Below are positions 35,885 to 44,635 of a DNA stretch of 64,000 bases, in pieces. The stretch comes from Thermoanaerobaculia bacterium. Its GTDB lineage: Bacteria; Acidobacteriota; Thermoanaerobaculia; UBA5066. The stretch spans positions 896,001 through 960,000 of the forward strand of contig CAVRAY010000001.1 of NCBI GenBank assembly GCA_963719225.1. The letters are read 5' to 3'. Below the pieces are notes generated by a model. That model did not search any database. It saw nothing but the letters and a program-made list of their open reading frames with translations, and was not told the origin of the DNA. Both the position numbers and the translations under genes were made by a program. The number at the start of each line of letters is the position of its first letter. Within the stretch, counting starts at the first letter, position 1.

Positions 35885-37435
35885 ATGACCTTTCGAAACG
35901 CCCTTCTCGCTGGCCTCCTCGTGGCCTCCGCCGCCGCTTCCGCGGCCGGCCTCGAGCGCTTCAAGGACTGGAACAAGTCCCCGGAATTCACCTTCCTCGC
36001 GACCGACGCCGAGCAGAAGGACTGGAAGAAGGTCGCGACGGACGGGGAAGCCGACCGCTTCGTCCAGCTCTTCTGGGCGAAGAGGGATCCGGACCTCAAG
36101 ACCCCGGTCAACGAGTTCAAGATCGCGTTCGACCAGCGCGTGAAGGAAGCCGACCAGCTCTTCTCGCTGCCGCGCACGCGCGGCGCTCTCACCGAGCGCG
36201 GCAAGCTCTACGTGCTCGCCGGCCCGCCGAAGAACCTGCTGCGCGTGACCGGTGTCAAGCCGCAGCCGCTCGCTCCCCCCGGGCAGATCCCGCCTCCGAA
36301 CGACCCCGGCACGTCGATCGGCGAATCTCTCGCGACGTTCATCTACGAGGCGGCGCAGCTCCCCGACTGGGCCGGAGTGAAGTCCCTCCGGGCGGAGTTC
36401 GTCGTCGAGTCGGCCTCCGATTACATCAGCGGCAGCGGAGGCGGCGAAGTCAGGCGCCTCGAGACGAAGGCCCGCCAGGCCTCGATCCGGAACGCGTCCC
36501 TCAAGGAAGCTCCGCACTTCCGCACGGCCGCCGAGCTCGAGGCCGAGCGCAAGGCCGCGGAGTCGGCCGCCGCCGAGGCCTTGAAGGGCCCGGCCCTCAG
36601 CGCGCCCGTACGCGCCGCTCTCGAGGGCGTACTCGCCAAGGAAGACTCGGGTCCGCTTTCTCTCCTTCCCATCGTCGGAAAGGACCGGGAGCCGCGCCTC
36701 CAGGTTCAGCTTTTCGTGCCGTCCTCCGCGGGAGCTCCGGCGGCGGATTCGAAGCTGGCGATCCTCGCCAAGGACGACGCCGGAGCCGATGCCGTCCGGT
36801 TCGAGGAGACGACGGCGCTCGAGGCCTCGCCCGGCGGATCCGTCGCGTCCCGGGCTTTCGCCGTTCCGCCGGGGGCCTACAACGTCGCCGTGGGACTGTT
36901 CGACGCCTCCTCGAAGCTCCTCTTTTCCGCGAAACGAAGAGTGTCCGTGGCGGCCGCCGGAAAGGATTTCTCGCTGTCGCCTCTCGTCGTCGCGGCGAGT
37001 TTTTCGCCCGTGGCGAAGGGAAAGGCGGACGAAGCGTTCACCTTGAACGGAAATCGCTTCGTGACGAAGGGCGGCCGCCTCGATCCCGAGGACGGGCTCC
37101 TGTTCGTCGTGAGGGTCTACAACCCGGCGGTCGATCCCGCCTCGAAGACGGTGCGCCTCTCCCGCGTCGTGAAGATCAAGCCCAAGGGGGCGCCCGCGAT
37201 GGAGGTCCCCCAGCCGAAGGACGAGCCGGTTCCCGTCCCGGAATCGAAGGACGGTGCGGAGCTCGTCTCGCTCGACGTCGCGGCGGAAGTCATTCCGTCG
37301 AACCTGGGCGAATACCTGAGAAAGCCGGGCGAATACGAGCTGAGAGTCTCGATCACGGACGACGTATCGAAGAAGACGCTCGAAGCTTCCGCGCCGTTCA
37401 CCGTGACCGGGGTCTTGCCGCCGAAGAAGAAGTAG
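35885..37435 (+). CDS. Secreted GWxTD-domain protein with C-terminal Ig-like domains (copy 1)
   Basis: Signal peptide; FWAKRDPD..TPVNEF...RVKEAD..F...GALTERGKLYVLAGPP; PGAYNV and PGEYELRV strands. Confidence 0.85.
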   Translation: MTFRNALLAGLLVASAAASAAGLERFKDWNKSPEFTFLATDAEQKDWKKVATDGEADRFVQLFWAKRDPDLKTPVNEFKIAFDQRVKEADQLFSLPRTRGALTERGKLYVLAGPPKNLLRVTGVKPQPLAPPGQIPPPNDPGTSIGESLATFIYEAAQLPDWAGVKSLRAEFVVESASDYISGSGGGEVRRLETKARQASIRNASLKEAPHFRTAAELEAERKAAESAAAEALKGPALSAPVRAALEGVLAKEDSGPLSLLPIVGKDREPRLQVQLFVPSSAGAPAADSKLAILAKDDAGADAVRFEETTALEASPGGSVASRAFAVPPGAYNVAVGLFDASSKLLFSAKRRVSVAAAGKDFSLSPLVVAASFSPVAKGKADEAFTLNGNRFVTKGGRLDPEDGLLFVVRVYNPAVDPASKTVRLSRVVKIKPKGAPAMEVPQPKDEPVPVPESKDGAELVSLDVAAEVIPSNLGEYLRKPGEYELRVSITDDVSKKTLEASAPFTVTGVLPPKKK

Positions 37436-39617
37436 CGCCTCCCGCGAAGCGGGGATCCTTCGGGAAAAGGCGTTTCGCCTCGAGGCGAACCTGGGCTTCG
37501 CCTTCGGGGTCCTCCGTCGAGCGGAACGTCCGCATCCCCAGGAGAAAAGTCTCGGGCGTCGGCTGCCGCGAGACCATGTCGATGACGACGCGCCGCGCGT
37601 CCTTCCGGCGGTTCACCGACGCGTAGAGGGCCGAGAGGGAGACGCGCGCGTCGACGCGGTCGGGATAGAGGCGGAGCTCCTCGAGGAACTCCTTCTCCGC
37701 CTCCTGCGCGCGGCCGGAGCGCGCGAGAACGTCGCCGCGGAGCATGTGAAGGCCGGACTGCGGAAGCTTATCGCCTTTGGAAAGCTCTTCCGCCTTTTCC
37801 GAGTACGCCTTCGCCGCCGCGAGGTCGTTTCGCATCACGGCGATCCGCCCGAGGACGAGGTAGCCGCGCACGCGCGCCTTGCCCTTGCCCGATTCCGCGG
37901 CCCTTTTCGAGGCCACCTCCGCGGCGGCGTAGTCGCCCTTCCCGAGGGCGGCGCGCGCCGCGATGTCGTCCGCGGCCGGATCGCCGAGGAGCCGGAGCGC
38001 CTCCGCGTGCTTGAGGCCCTCGTCCCACTTCCCGAGCTGAAGGCACATGTTCGCGACTTCCACGATGTAGGGAGCCCGGGCGGCCTCGGGCGCGACCTCG
38101 AGAGTTTTCTCGAGAGCTTCCAAAGCCTCCTGCGGTCTCCCGAGCTCCAGGAGCGCCCGCGACTTCATGTCCCAGACGTCGAGCATCCGCGGGTTTTCCG
38201 CGAGCAGGCGCGTGAAGATCTCGACGGCCTTCTCCTGGCGGCCTCCCGTCATTTCGCCGAGACCGGTGCGGAGGTCCTCGAACGTCTTGATCCGGTCCTT
38301 CGGGTCGTCGAGCGTGCCGGCGGGGGAGGGGCCGGCGCTGAGATACCCGAGCGAGGCCAGCTTCTTGCGCGCCTCGCTGTCGACCTCGAGAGGAGTCTCG
38401 AACGAGGGTTTTCTCTTGAGGAGATCGGCGCGCAGCGCGCGGAGGGCGTCGGGCTTTTCGGCGAGGCGGTTGTTCTTCTCGGAAGGATCCGTCGCGAGGT
38501 CGTAGATCTCCGGGCGGGGGGCCTCGATGTAATGCCAGCGGCCTTCGATGAGCGAGGTCAGCTCGCTCCAGCCGAAGTGGATCCGCGGAAAGAACGTTTC
38601 CGAGAGGAGGCGACGCGCGGCGGGGGTCGCGCCGGCCGCGAGGTCGACGAGCGAGACGGTCCCTTCGGGCGGCTGGAAACCCGCGAGGGAGACGCCCTGG
38701 CCGACCGTCGTGAAGACGTCGCTCAAGGCGACGGGCGTCGCGACCGACGTGCCCGCCCTCTTTCCGCCGGGGAGCTTCACGAGGAGGGGGACTTGAAGGG
38801 CCTCCCGGTAGAGGAACATCCCGTGCTCGCCTTCGCCGTGATCCCCGAGGCCCTCGCCGTGGTCCGACAGGAAGACGACGAGCGCCTTTTCGTAGATTCC
38901 CTTCTGTTTCAGGAAAGAGAGGAAAGTTCCCACGATCGCGTCGGCCGCGGCGATCTCTCCGTCATAGGGCACGGACGCGTACCGGGCCTTGAAGGGCTCG
39001 GGCGGCTCGTACGGCGTGTGGGGCTCGTAGAGGTGGAGGAACGCGAACAGCGGCTTTCCCGACTGCGCACCGATCCAGGCTTCGAGCTTCTTCTCGGTCT
39101 CGGCGCCGGCACGCTGGACGCGCCCGAGCGCGGCTTTCCCCTCGGGCGCGTCCACCTCGTCGTCGTAGAAATCGAAACCTCTCCCGACGCCGCTGTCGCC
39201 CTTCAGAACGTAGCAGGAGACGGCGCCGCCCGTCGCGTAGCCCCCCTTCTTCAGGAGCTCGGCGAGCGTCGGAACGTCGCGGCGCAGGTGGTAGCCGAGG
39301 TTGTCGTGGATGCCGTGGTCGCCCGGCACGCGTCCCGTGAAGAGCGACGCGTGGGAGGGAAGCGTGAGCGGGACGTGCGAATAGGCGGTCTCGAAGAGGA
39401 TCGCGTCGTTTCGGAGGGCCGAGAGGGACGCGGTTTCGACTCCCTTGTAGCCGTAGAACGGGAGGTGGTCCGAGCGCAGCGTGTCGACGCTGATGATGAC
39501 GACGGGAGCGGCCGGAAACGTCTCGGCCGGCCGCGCGCCCGGGCCCTTGCCGCACGCGACCGCGAGAGCGGCCAGGGCGCAGACCGCCGTTTGTCGAAAA
39601 GGTCGCGCGAGACGCAC
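37398..39617 (-). CDS. Sulfatase-like (alkaline phosphatase superfamily) lipoprotein with C-terminal TPRs
   Basis: Lipobox LAVA-C; ISVDTLRSDH, PLTLPSHASLFTG, HLYEPHTPY, SDHGE, LASLGYL, then TPR helices. Confidence 0.88.
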   Translation of the reverse strand: MRLARPFRQTAVCALAALAVACGKGPGARPAETFPAAPVVIISVDTLRSDHLPFYGYKGVETASLSALRNDAILFETAYSHVPLTLPSHASLFTGRVPGDHGIHDNLGYHLRRDVPTLAELLKKGGYATGGAVSCYVLKGDSGVGRGFDFYDDEVDAPEGKAALGRVQRAGAETEKKLEAWIGAQSGKPLFAFLHLYEPHTPYEPPEPFKARYASVPYDGEIAAADAIVGTFLSFLKQKGIYEKALVVFLSDHGEGLGDHGEGEHGMFLYREALQVPLLVKLPGGKRAGTSVATPVALSDVFTTVGQGVSLAGFQPPEGTVSLVDLAAGATPAARRLLSETFFPRIHFGWSELTSLIEGRWHYIEAPRPEIYDLATDPSEKNNRLAEKPDALRALRADLLKRKPSFETPLEVDSEARKKLASLGYLSAGPSPAGTLDDPKDRIKTFEDLRTGLGEMTGGRQEKAVEIFTRLLAENPRMLDVWDMKSRALLELGRPQEALEALEKTLEVAPEAARAPYIVEVANMCLQLGKWDEGLKHAEALRLLGDPAADDIAARAALGKGDYAAAEVASKRAAESGKGKARVRGYLVLGRIAVMRNDLAAAKAYSEKAEELSKGDKLPQSGLHMLRGDVLARSGRAQEAEKEFLEELRLYPDRVDARVSLSALYASVNRRKDARRVVIDMVSRQPTPETFLLGMRTFRSTEDPEGEAQVRLEAKRLFPKDPRFAGGATSSSAARPRSR

Positions 39618-39642
39618 GGGCGAAGGGTACCCCAGCTCCGCG

Positions 39643-39714
39643 AAAGAAAAGGAGCCGGAGGGATCTCCGGCTCCGGACTTGGGACGAAAGCGGGGGAAGC
39701 GCGGGCTTCCCCCG
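39643..39714 (-). terminator. Tandem hairpins after TBDR-2; the distal one is an intrinsic terminator
   Basis: CGGGGGAAGC-N4-GCTTCCCCCG (39691-39714) and GGAGCCGGAG-N4-CTCCGGCTCC (39651-39674), followed on the minus strand by TTTTCTTT. Confidence 0.8.
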
Positions 39715-39726
39715 TGAAGAAAGACC

Positions 39727-42675
39727 CTAGAAGCGGAGGCCCACCGTGGCCTGGAAGGTGCGCGGCTGCTGGTAGTCCAGCGAGTTGCGCGCCTTGCCGA
39801 AGTTCGGACCGTAGTTCCAGTTCGCCGTCGGGGTCGTGGTGTTGCGGGGACCCTGGACGGGAATCGTGGTGAACGGATTGAAGTTCAGGTATCCCGTCGT
39901 GTTCGCGAAGGTCTGGACCGTCGTGTCGACGGCGATCTTCCCCTGGTTGTTGAAGACGTTGATGACCTGCGGCTGGATGAAGATCTCAACCACGCCGCCG
40001 ATCTTCGTCGAGAAGTTCAGCGAGAGGTCGGTGCGCTTGATGTCGTCCGTGCGGAAAGCGTCACGCGACGTGTAATAGTACGTGACTGTCGACGGCCGCG
40101 TCGCGTAGCCCGGGTCCGTCACGAAGTCCCGCGAGCGGACGGTCCCGACGGCGCCATAGGGGGCGCCGGTGTCGTAGGACTGCACGAGGCCCAGCGAAAT
40201 CACGCCGATCTTCTCGGGGATGAACGGCAGATCGTACGATCCGAAGAGCCGGGCCCGGTGCCTCTGGTCCGTGGCGAGCGAACCCGTCGGATTGTTCCAG
40301 GCGGGGTCCTTGTACTCGGGGTACGCCTTGAACGCGGAGGACGTCGGGCCGGAGTTCCCGGCTTCGCCGTCGACGTTGCCGAGCGTGTGCGACCACGTCC
40401 AGTTCGCGGCCAGCGTGATTCGGCCCACCCGGTACTGGAACTGCGTCTGAAGGCCCGTGTAATTCCGGACGAGGTCGTTCGTGTTGCCCTGGATCCCGAT
40501 GTCGAACTGGTTGCCGAAGGGGTCCGAGGCCTTGCCGGTGCCGATGTTCAGGAGCGTGTAGTAGAAGTCCTTGAATTCGCGCCGGACGAAATCGGCCCGG
40601 TACGAGAAGTGGCCGATCGAGCCGCTGGCGCCGAACGTGTACTCGTTCGCGTAAGGCGTGTTGAGGCCGTCGGCGGGAATCTGGGCGCTGAGCCCGGCGA
40701 CGAAGGCGTAGTCGAGCGGGACCTTGCACGTCGAGATGTTCGGGCAGCCCTGGGCGAAGAACCAGTCGAAAACCTGCTGCAGGGCCTGCGCGCGCGTCAC
40801 GAGCGTGGCGCCCGCCGGCGAGTTGATGGGCGTGGCGACCGGTCCTCCCGGAACGGTGGAGTAATACCAGATGAACAAGGACGGGCTCCCCGCATTCGTG
40901 GCGGCATCCACGAGGGTTTCTTGAATCGCGCCGACGTACTTCGCGTAGCTCGCTCCGAGCTTCACGTTGCCCTTGCCCGTCACGTCGAACTGGGCCGCGA
41001 GGCGCGGGCTGAAAGCGTGATCCTTCGCCGTGACGATCCCCCGGCTGTCCGCCGCGTCGTTCTTGTCGTAGCGAACGCCGAGGTTGAGGGAGAGCCGGTC
41101 GTTCACGCGCCACGCGTCGTTCAGGAAGACCGAGTGCGTGAGCACGTCCGAGCCCTTGCTCAGCGTTTCGATCGGCGTGTAGTAGATGTACGTCCGGTTG
41201 TCGATGACGGGGAAGATGTCGCCGTTCTGGACGATGATTCCCGTCGTGAAGAGGCGGTAGTTGCTGCCCGACTGGTAGTTGTTCGCCTTGCGCGAGCCGG
41301 AGAAGTGGTCGTACCCGAGGACGAGGTTGTGCGAGCCGAGGCTGCCCGTCGAGAGGAAATACGTTCCCTTGACGAGGAAGTCCTCGTTGTCGCGTTTCTC
41401 GGGGTCGCACACGCCGCAGAAGGTGGGCGAGTTGTAGCGCGCGTTTCCGTTCGCGCGGCTGCGCATGAGCGTGCCCTTGATGACGTCCGTGTAGATCGAC
41501 CCGGAGTTCTCGAACGTGAACTTGCGGCGGGAATAGAGCCCCTCGACGAACAGGTTGCTCGTGATGACGCCGTTGTAGTTCGCCGTGAGGATCTCCTGGG
41601 GCAGCTCGCGATTCACGAGGCTGTCGACGTCCAGGATGACTCCGAAGAAGTTCCCGTTCTGCTTCGTGTCGACTTTCAGATAGTTGACCGCGAACGTCTG
41701 GCTCGCGAACGGGGTCAACGTGAGCTTGCCCTGGTAGCGCTTCTCGTCGGTGAGCGTCGCGAAGGGGATGTTCGTGGGGGCGGCGGTCTGGCCGGAGCCC
41801 GTGACCTTCGCGTACCGGCCCGACCCGAAGAACCAGACGTGGTCCTTCCAGAAGGGCCCGCCGATGGTCGCCTCGTAAACCGGGTTCACCTTCTGGATGC
41901 GCGTCTCACCGGCAGGCGAGATCGCGCTCCAGGCGTCGTTCGTGAACGACGTGCGGAACGAGCCGGAGAACTGGTTGCCGCCGGCCTTCGTCACCGTGTT
42001 GATGACGCCTCCGGTGAAACGGCCGTACTCCGCCGAGACCGAATTGACCGACGTGGTCGTCTCCTGGATCGCGTCCTCGATGAAGAGGTTGTTCGGCGTG
42101 CCGCGGATGTTGTCCATGATGACCGCGCCGTCGACCGTGAAGAGGTTGTCGAAGGTCTGGCCGCCCGAGATCGTCGCGGCGTTCCCGAGACCCGTCGTCC
42201 GGCTCAGGCCCGACGAGAGCTCGACCGAGGCGAGGATCGTTCTCGCCACGGGAAGCTTGTTCGTGATCTCGGTCGTGAGCGTGGTGGACGCCTGGGTCGT
42301 CGTCGAGACGGTTTCGGCCTTGGCCGAGACCGTCGCGGCCGCCGAGACTCCCGAAAGCGCGAGCGCCGCGTCCTGCGTGGCGGGGTTACCGGCGGTGAGC
42401 TTGACGGTCTTCGTCACGGCCGTGAAGCCCTGAAGGGTGAACGTGACCGTGTAGTCGCCGGGCGGAATGCCGGAGAAAGAATAGTCGCCGTTCGCGGACG
42501 TGACGGCCGTGCGCTCCCCCTGCAGCGAGGGCGATTTCAGGGTCACCGTCACGCCGGGGAGACCGGCGTTCTCGTTCTCGACCTTGCCGCGCAGGGCGGT
42601 TGTCGTCGCTTGCGCGAGCGCGAGCGAGCTGGCGACGAAAAGTACGAGGAACCCGAAGAACCGGAGCTTTCTCAT
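39727..42675 (-). CDS. TonB-dependent receptor, Oar-like (TBDR-2)
   Basis: SD GGAGG, signal peptide, GLPGVTVTL.SP, SAEYGRFTGGVINTVTKAGGNQFSGS, C-terminal PRTFQATVGLRF. Confidence 0.9.
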   Translation of the reverse strand: MRKLRFFGFLVLFVASSLALAQATTTALRGKVENENAGLPGVTVTLKSPSLQGERTAVTSANGDYSFSGIPPGDYTVTFTLQGFTAVTKTVKLTAGNPATQDAALALSGVSAAATVSAKAETVSTTTQASTTLTTEITNKLPVARTILASVELSSGLSRTTGLGNAATISGGQTFDNLFTVDGAVIMDNIRGTPNNLFIEDAIQETTTSVNSVSAEYGRFTGGVINTVTKAGGNQFSGSFRTSFTNDAWSAISPAGETRIQKVNPVYEATIGGPFWKDHVWFFGSGRYAKVTGSGQTAAPTNIPFATLTDEKRYQGKLTLTPFASQTFAVNYLKVDTKQNGNFFGVILDVDSLVNRELPQEILTANYNGVITSNLFVEGLYSRRKFTFENSGSIYTDVIKGTLMRSRANGNARYNSPTFCGVCDPEKRDNEDFLVKGTYFLSTGSLGSHNLVLGYDHFSGSRKANNYQSGSNYRLFTTGIIVQNGDIFPVIDNRTYIYYTPIETLSKGSDVLTHSVFLNDAWRVNDRLSLNLGVRYDKNDAADSRGIVTAKDHAFSPRLAAQFDVTGKGNVKLGASYAKYVGAIQETLVDAATNAGSPSLFIWYYSTVPGGPVATPINSPAGATLVTRAQALQQVFDWFFAQGCPNISTCKVPLDYAFVAGLSAQIPADGLNTPYANEYTFGASGSIGHFSYRADFVRREFKDFYYTLLNIGTGKASDPFGNQFDIGIQGNTNDLVRNYTGLQTQFQYRVGRITLAANWTWSHTLGNVDGEAGNSGPTSSAFKAYPEYKDPAWNNPTGSLATDQRHRARLFGSYDLPFIPEKIGVISLGLVQSYDTGAPYGAVGTVRSRDFVTDPGYATRPSTVTYYYTSRDAFRTDDIKRTDLSLNFSTKIGGVVEIFIQPQVINVFNNQGKIAVDTTVQTFANTTGYLNFNPFTTIPVQGPRNTTTPTANWNYGPNFGKARNSLDYQQPRTFQATVGLRF

Positions 42676-42803
42676 GCGTTTTTCTTCCTCCATTGAGTGA
42701 CGAAATTGACGAATCGAACCGGCTTCGACCCTGAAAATGATTTGAGGTTACAGACGGGCCACCTCCGCGAGCACCTCTTCACAAGCTGACTGTCGCGAAG
42801 TCT

Positions 42804-42819
42804 AGCACTTGCCGTGCCG
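42804..42819 (-). promoter_or_regulatory. Sigma54 (-24/-12) promoter upstream of TBDR-2
   Basis: Minus strand CGGCACG-GCAA-GTGCT; IHF-like GATGAAGGGTTTA at 42858-42870. Confidence 0.7.
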
Positions 42820-43056
42820 TGGAAGGCGTTCGCGTCATTCCGCGAAATCGCTTTTGGGATGAAGGGTTTAGTTGCCGCCATCCGTCCCCGCCGTCGCTCA
42901 GCGAACGGAAATCGGGATCGTGGTCCGGCCGTTTGGATGACGCGTTTCTCCGCCATCCCGTGCGCCCGCGGGACAGGGTGTCGTTGGGGTATATTCGCCG
43001 GGTTTCGCGAGAGGCGTGGGATCGCATTCCCGCGCACGCAAGCGGGAGAGTCACCC

Positions 43057-44625
43057 ATGAAACGCAAGCTCCTTTCCGCTCTTTCTCTGTTCCTCCTCTC
43101 GGCCCTCGCGGCCTTCCCCTCGTTCGCGGCCCTCGACAAGTACAAGGACTGGGACAAGTCCCCGGAATACGCCTATCTCGCGACGGACGACGAGAAGAAG
43201 GAATGGAAGAAGGTCGCCTCGGACGCGGACGCCGAGAAATTCGTCGCCCTGTTCTGGGCCCGGCGGGATCCGGACCTGAAGACGCCTGAGAACGAATTCC
43301 ACGAGCGATTCGACGTCCTCGTCAAGAAGGCCGACGAGATCTTCGCGCTCGGAAGAAAGCGCGGTGCGCTCACGGAGCGCGGCAAGGCGCTGATCCTCAT
43401 CGGCCCCCCGAAGTCGATCGCGCGGGGCTCGGCCGCGCCGACGCCTGTCGACGACACGACGACGGGAACCGGGACGGCGGGCTCGCTCTCGGGCACCGGC
43501 GTGATCGGGACGACCGGCTCGACGACGATCATGACGCACTTCCTCTACGAGAAGCCCCAGCTTCCTCCGTGGGCGGACGTCCAATCGCTCGACCTGAGGT
43601 TCCAGGTGGACCTCGGGACGAACGCCGAGAACGTCGTGAATGGTCTCGGTCCCGCGAAGCGGCTTGAGGTGAAAGCCGCGCAGATGGCGCTCGTGAACCC
43701 GACGCTCAAGGACGTTCCGGTCTACAAGACGAGAGAGCAGGTCGCCGCCGACCAGAAGACGGCTGCCGACAAGGCGGCCGAGGAGGCGAAGGGACCCGCG
43801 CTGTCCGAGGCGGCCCGGGCGACGCTCGAAGGCCTTCCCAAGGAGCCCTTCGGAGCGCTCGCGCTTCTTCCCGTTTCGTACCGTGACGGCGCGACGCGCC
43901 TCATGGTCCAGCTCTACGTTCCGGGCTCCGTCGCCGGAACGGGCGAGGGGGCGAAGCTCCTGATCCTCGCGCGGGACAAGGACGGCAAGGATGCGATCCG
44001 CCTCGAGGAGGCCGCGGCGCTGAGGAAGACGAAATCCGACTTCTTCACCGACCGGTCTTTCCGGATCGTCCCGGGGGAGTACGAGGTCGCCGCCGCGCTC
44101 GTGGACGGGGCGGGCAAAGTTCTCGCGTCGGCGCGGCGGAAAGTCAACGTTCCGGCGCTCACCTCGGACTTCGCGGCCTCGCCGCTCCTCGTCGCGGTGA
44201 ACGACTTTCCGGTCGACGCCCCGAAGCCGGACGAGCCCTTCACGTTCTCGGCGCGACGCTTCGTCGTCAAGGGTGACGGCCGCGTCGAATCGACGGACGG
44301 CCTCTCGTACGCCGTTCGTCTCTACAACCCGCCCGTCGATCCGGTCTCACGCACGGTCACGCTCAAGCGCACCGTGAAGATCAAGCCGAAGGGTCAGCCC
44401 GCGATCGACGTCCCGACTCCGCCGGAGGAGCCGGCGAAGGTGCCCGAAGACAAGGAGCCCGGCGCTCTCGTGCTGGACATCGCGGGCGGCGTCGTGGAGT
44501 CGAACCTCGGCCAGTACTTCCGGCCCGGCGACTACGAGCTCAGGCTCACGCTCACGGACGCCGCGTCGCAGAAGAAGCTCGATCTCGTCGCGCCGTTCAC
44601 CGTCGTGGGGCCGGCGAAGAAGTAA
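43057..44625 (+). CDS. Secreted GWxTD-domain protein (copy 2, full-length paralog of copy 1)
   Basis: KDWDKSPE, FWARRDPDLKTPENEF, GALTERGKALILIGPP, YNPPVDP.S.TV.L...KIKPKG, PGDYELRL. Confidence 0.87.
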   Translation: MKRKLLSALSLFLLSALAAFPSFAALDKYKDWDKSPEYAYLATDDEKKEWKKVASDADAEKFVALFWARRDPDLKTPENEFHERFDVLVKKADEIFALGRKRGALTERGKALILIGPPKSIARGSAAPTPVDDTTTGTGTAGSLSGTGVIGTTGSTTIMTHFLYEKPQLPPWADVQSLDLRFQVDLGTNAENVVNGLGPAKRLEVKAAQMALVNPTLKDVPVYKTREQVAADQKTAADKAAEEAKGPALSEAARATLEGLPKEPFGALALLPVSYRDGATRLMVQLYVPGSVAGTGEGAKLLILARDKDGKDAIRLEEAAALRKTKSDFFTDRSFRIVPGEYEVAAALVDGAGKVLASARRKVNVPALTSDFAASPLLVAVNDFPVDAPKPDEPFTFSARRFVVKGDGRVESTDGLSYAVRLYNPPVDPVSRTVTLKRTVKIKPKGQPAIDVPTPPEEPAKVPEDKEPGALVLDIAGGVVESNLGQYFRPGDYELRLTLTDAASQKKLDLVAPFTVVGPAKK

Positions 44626-44635
44626 CCCGGTCTCC

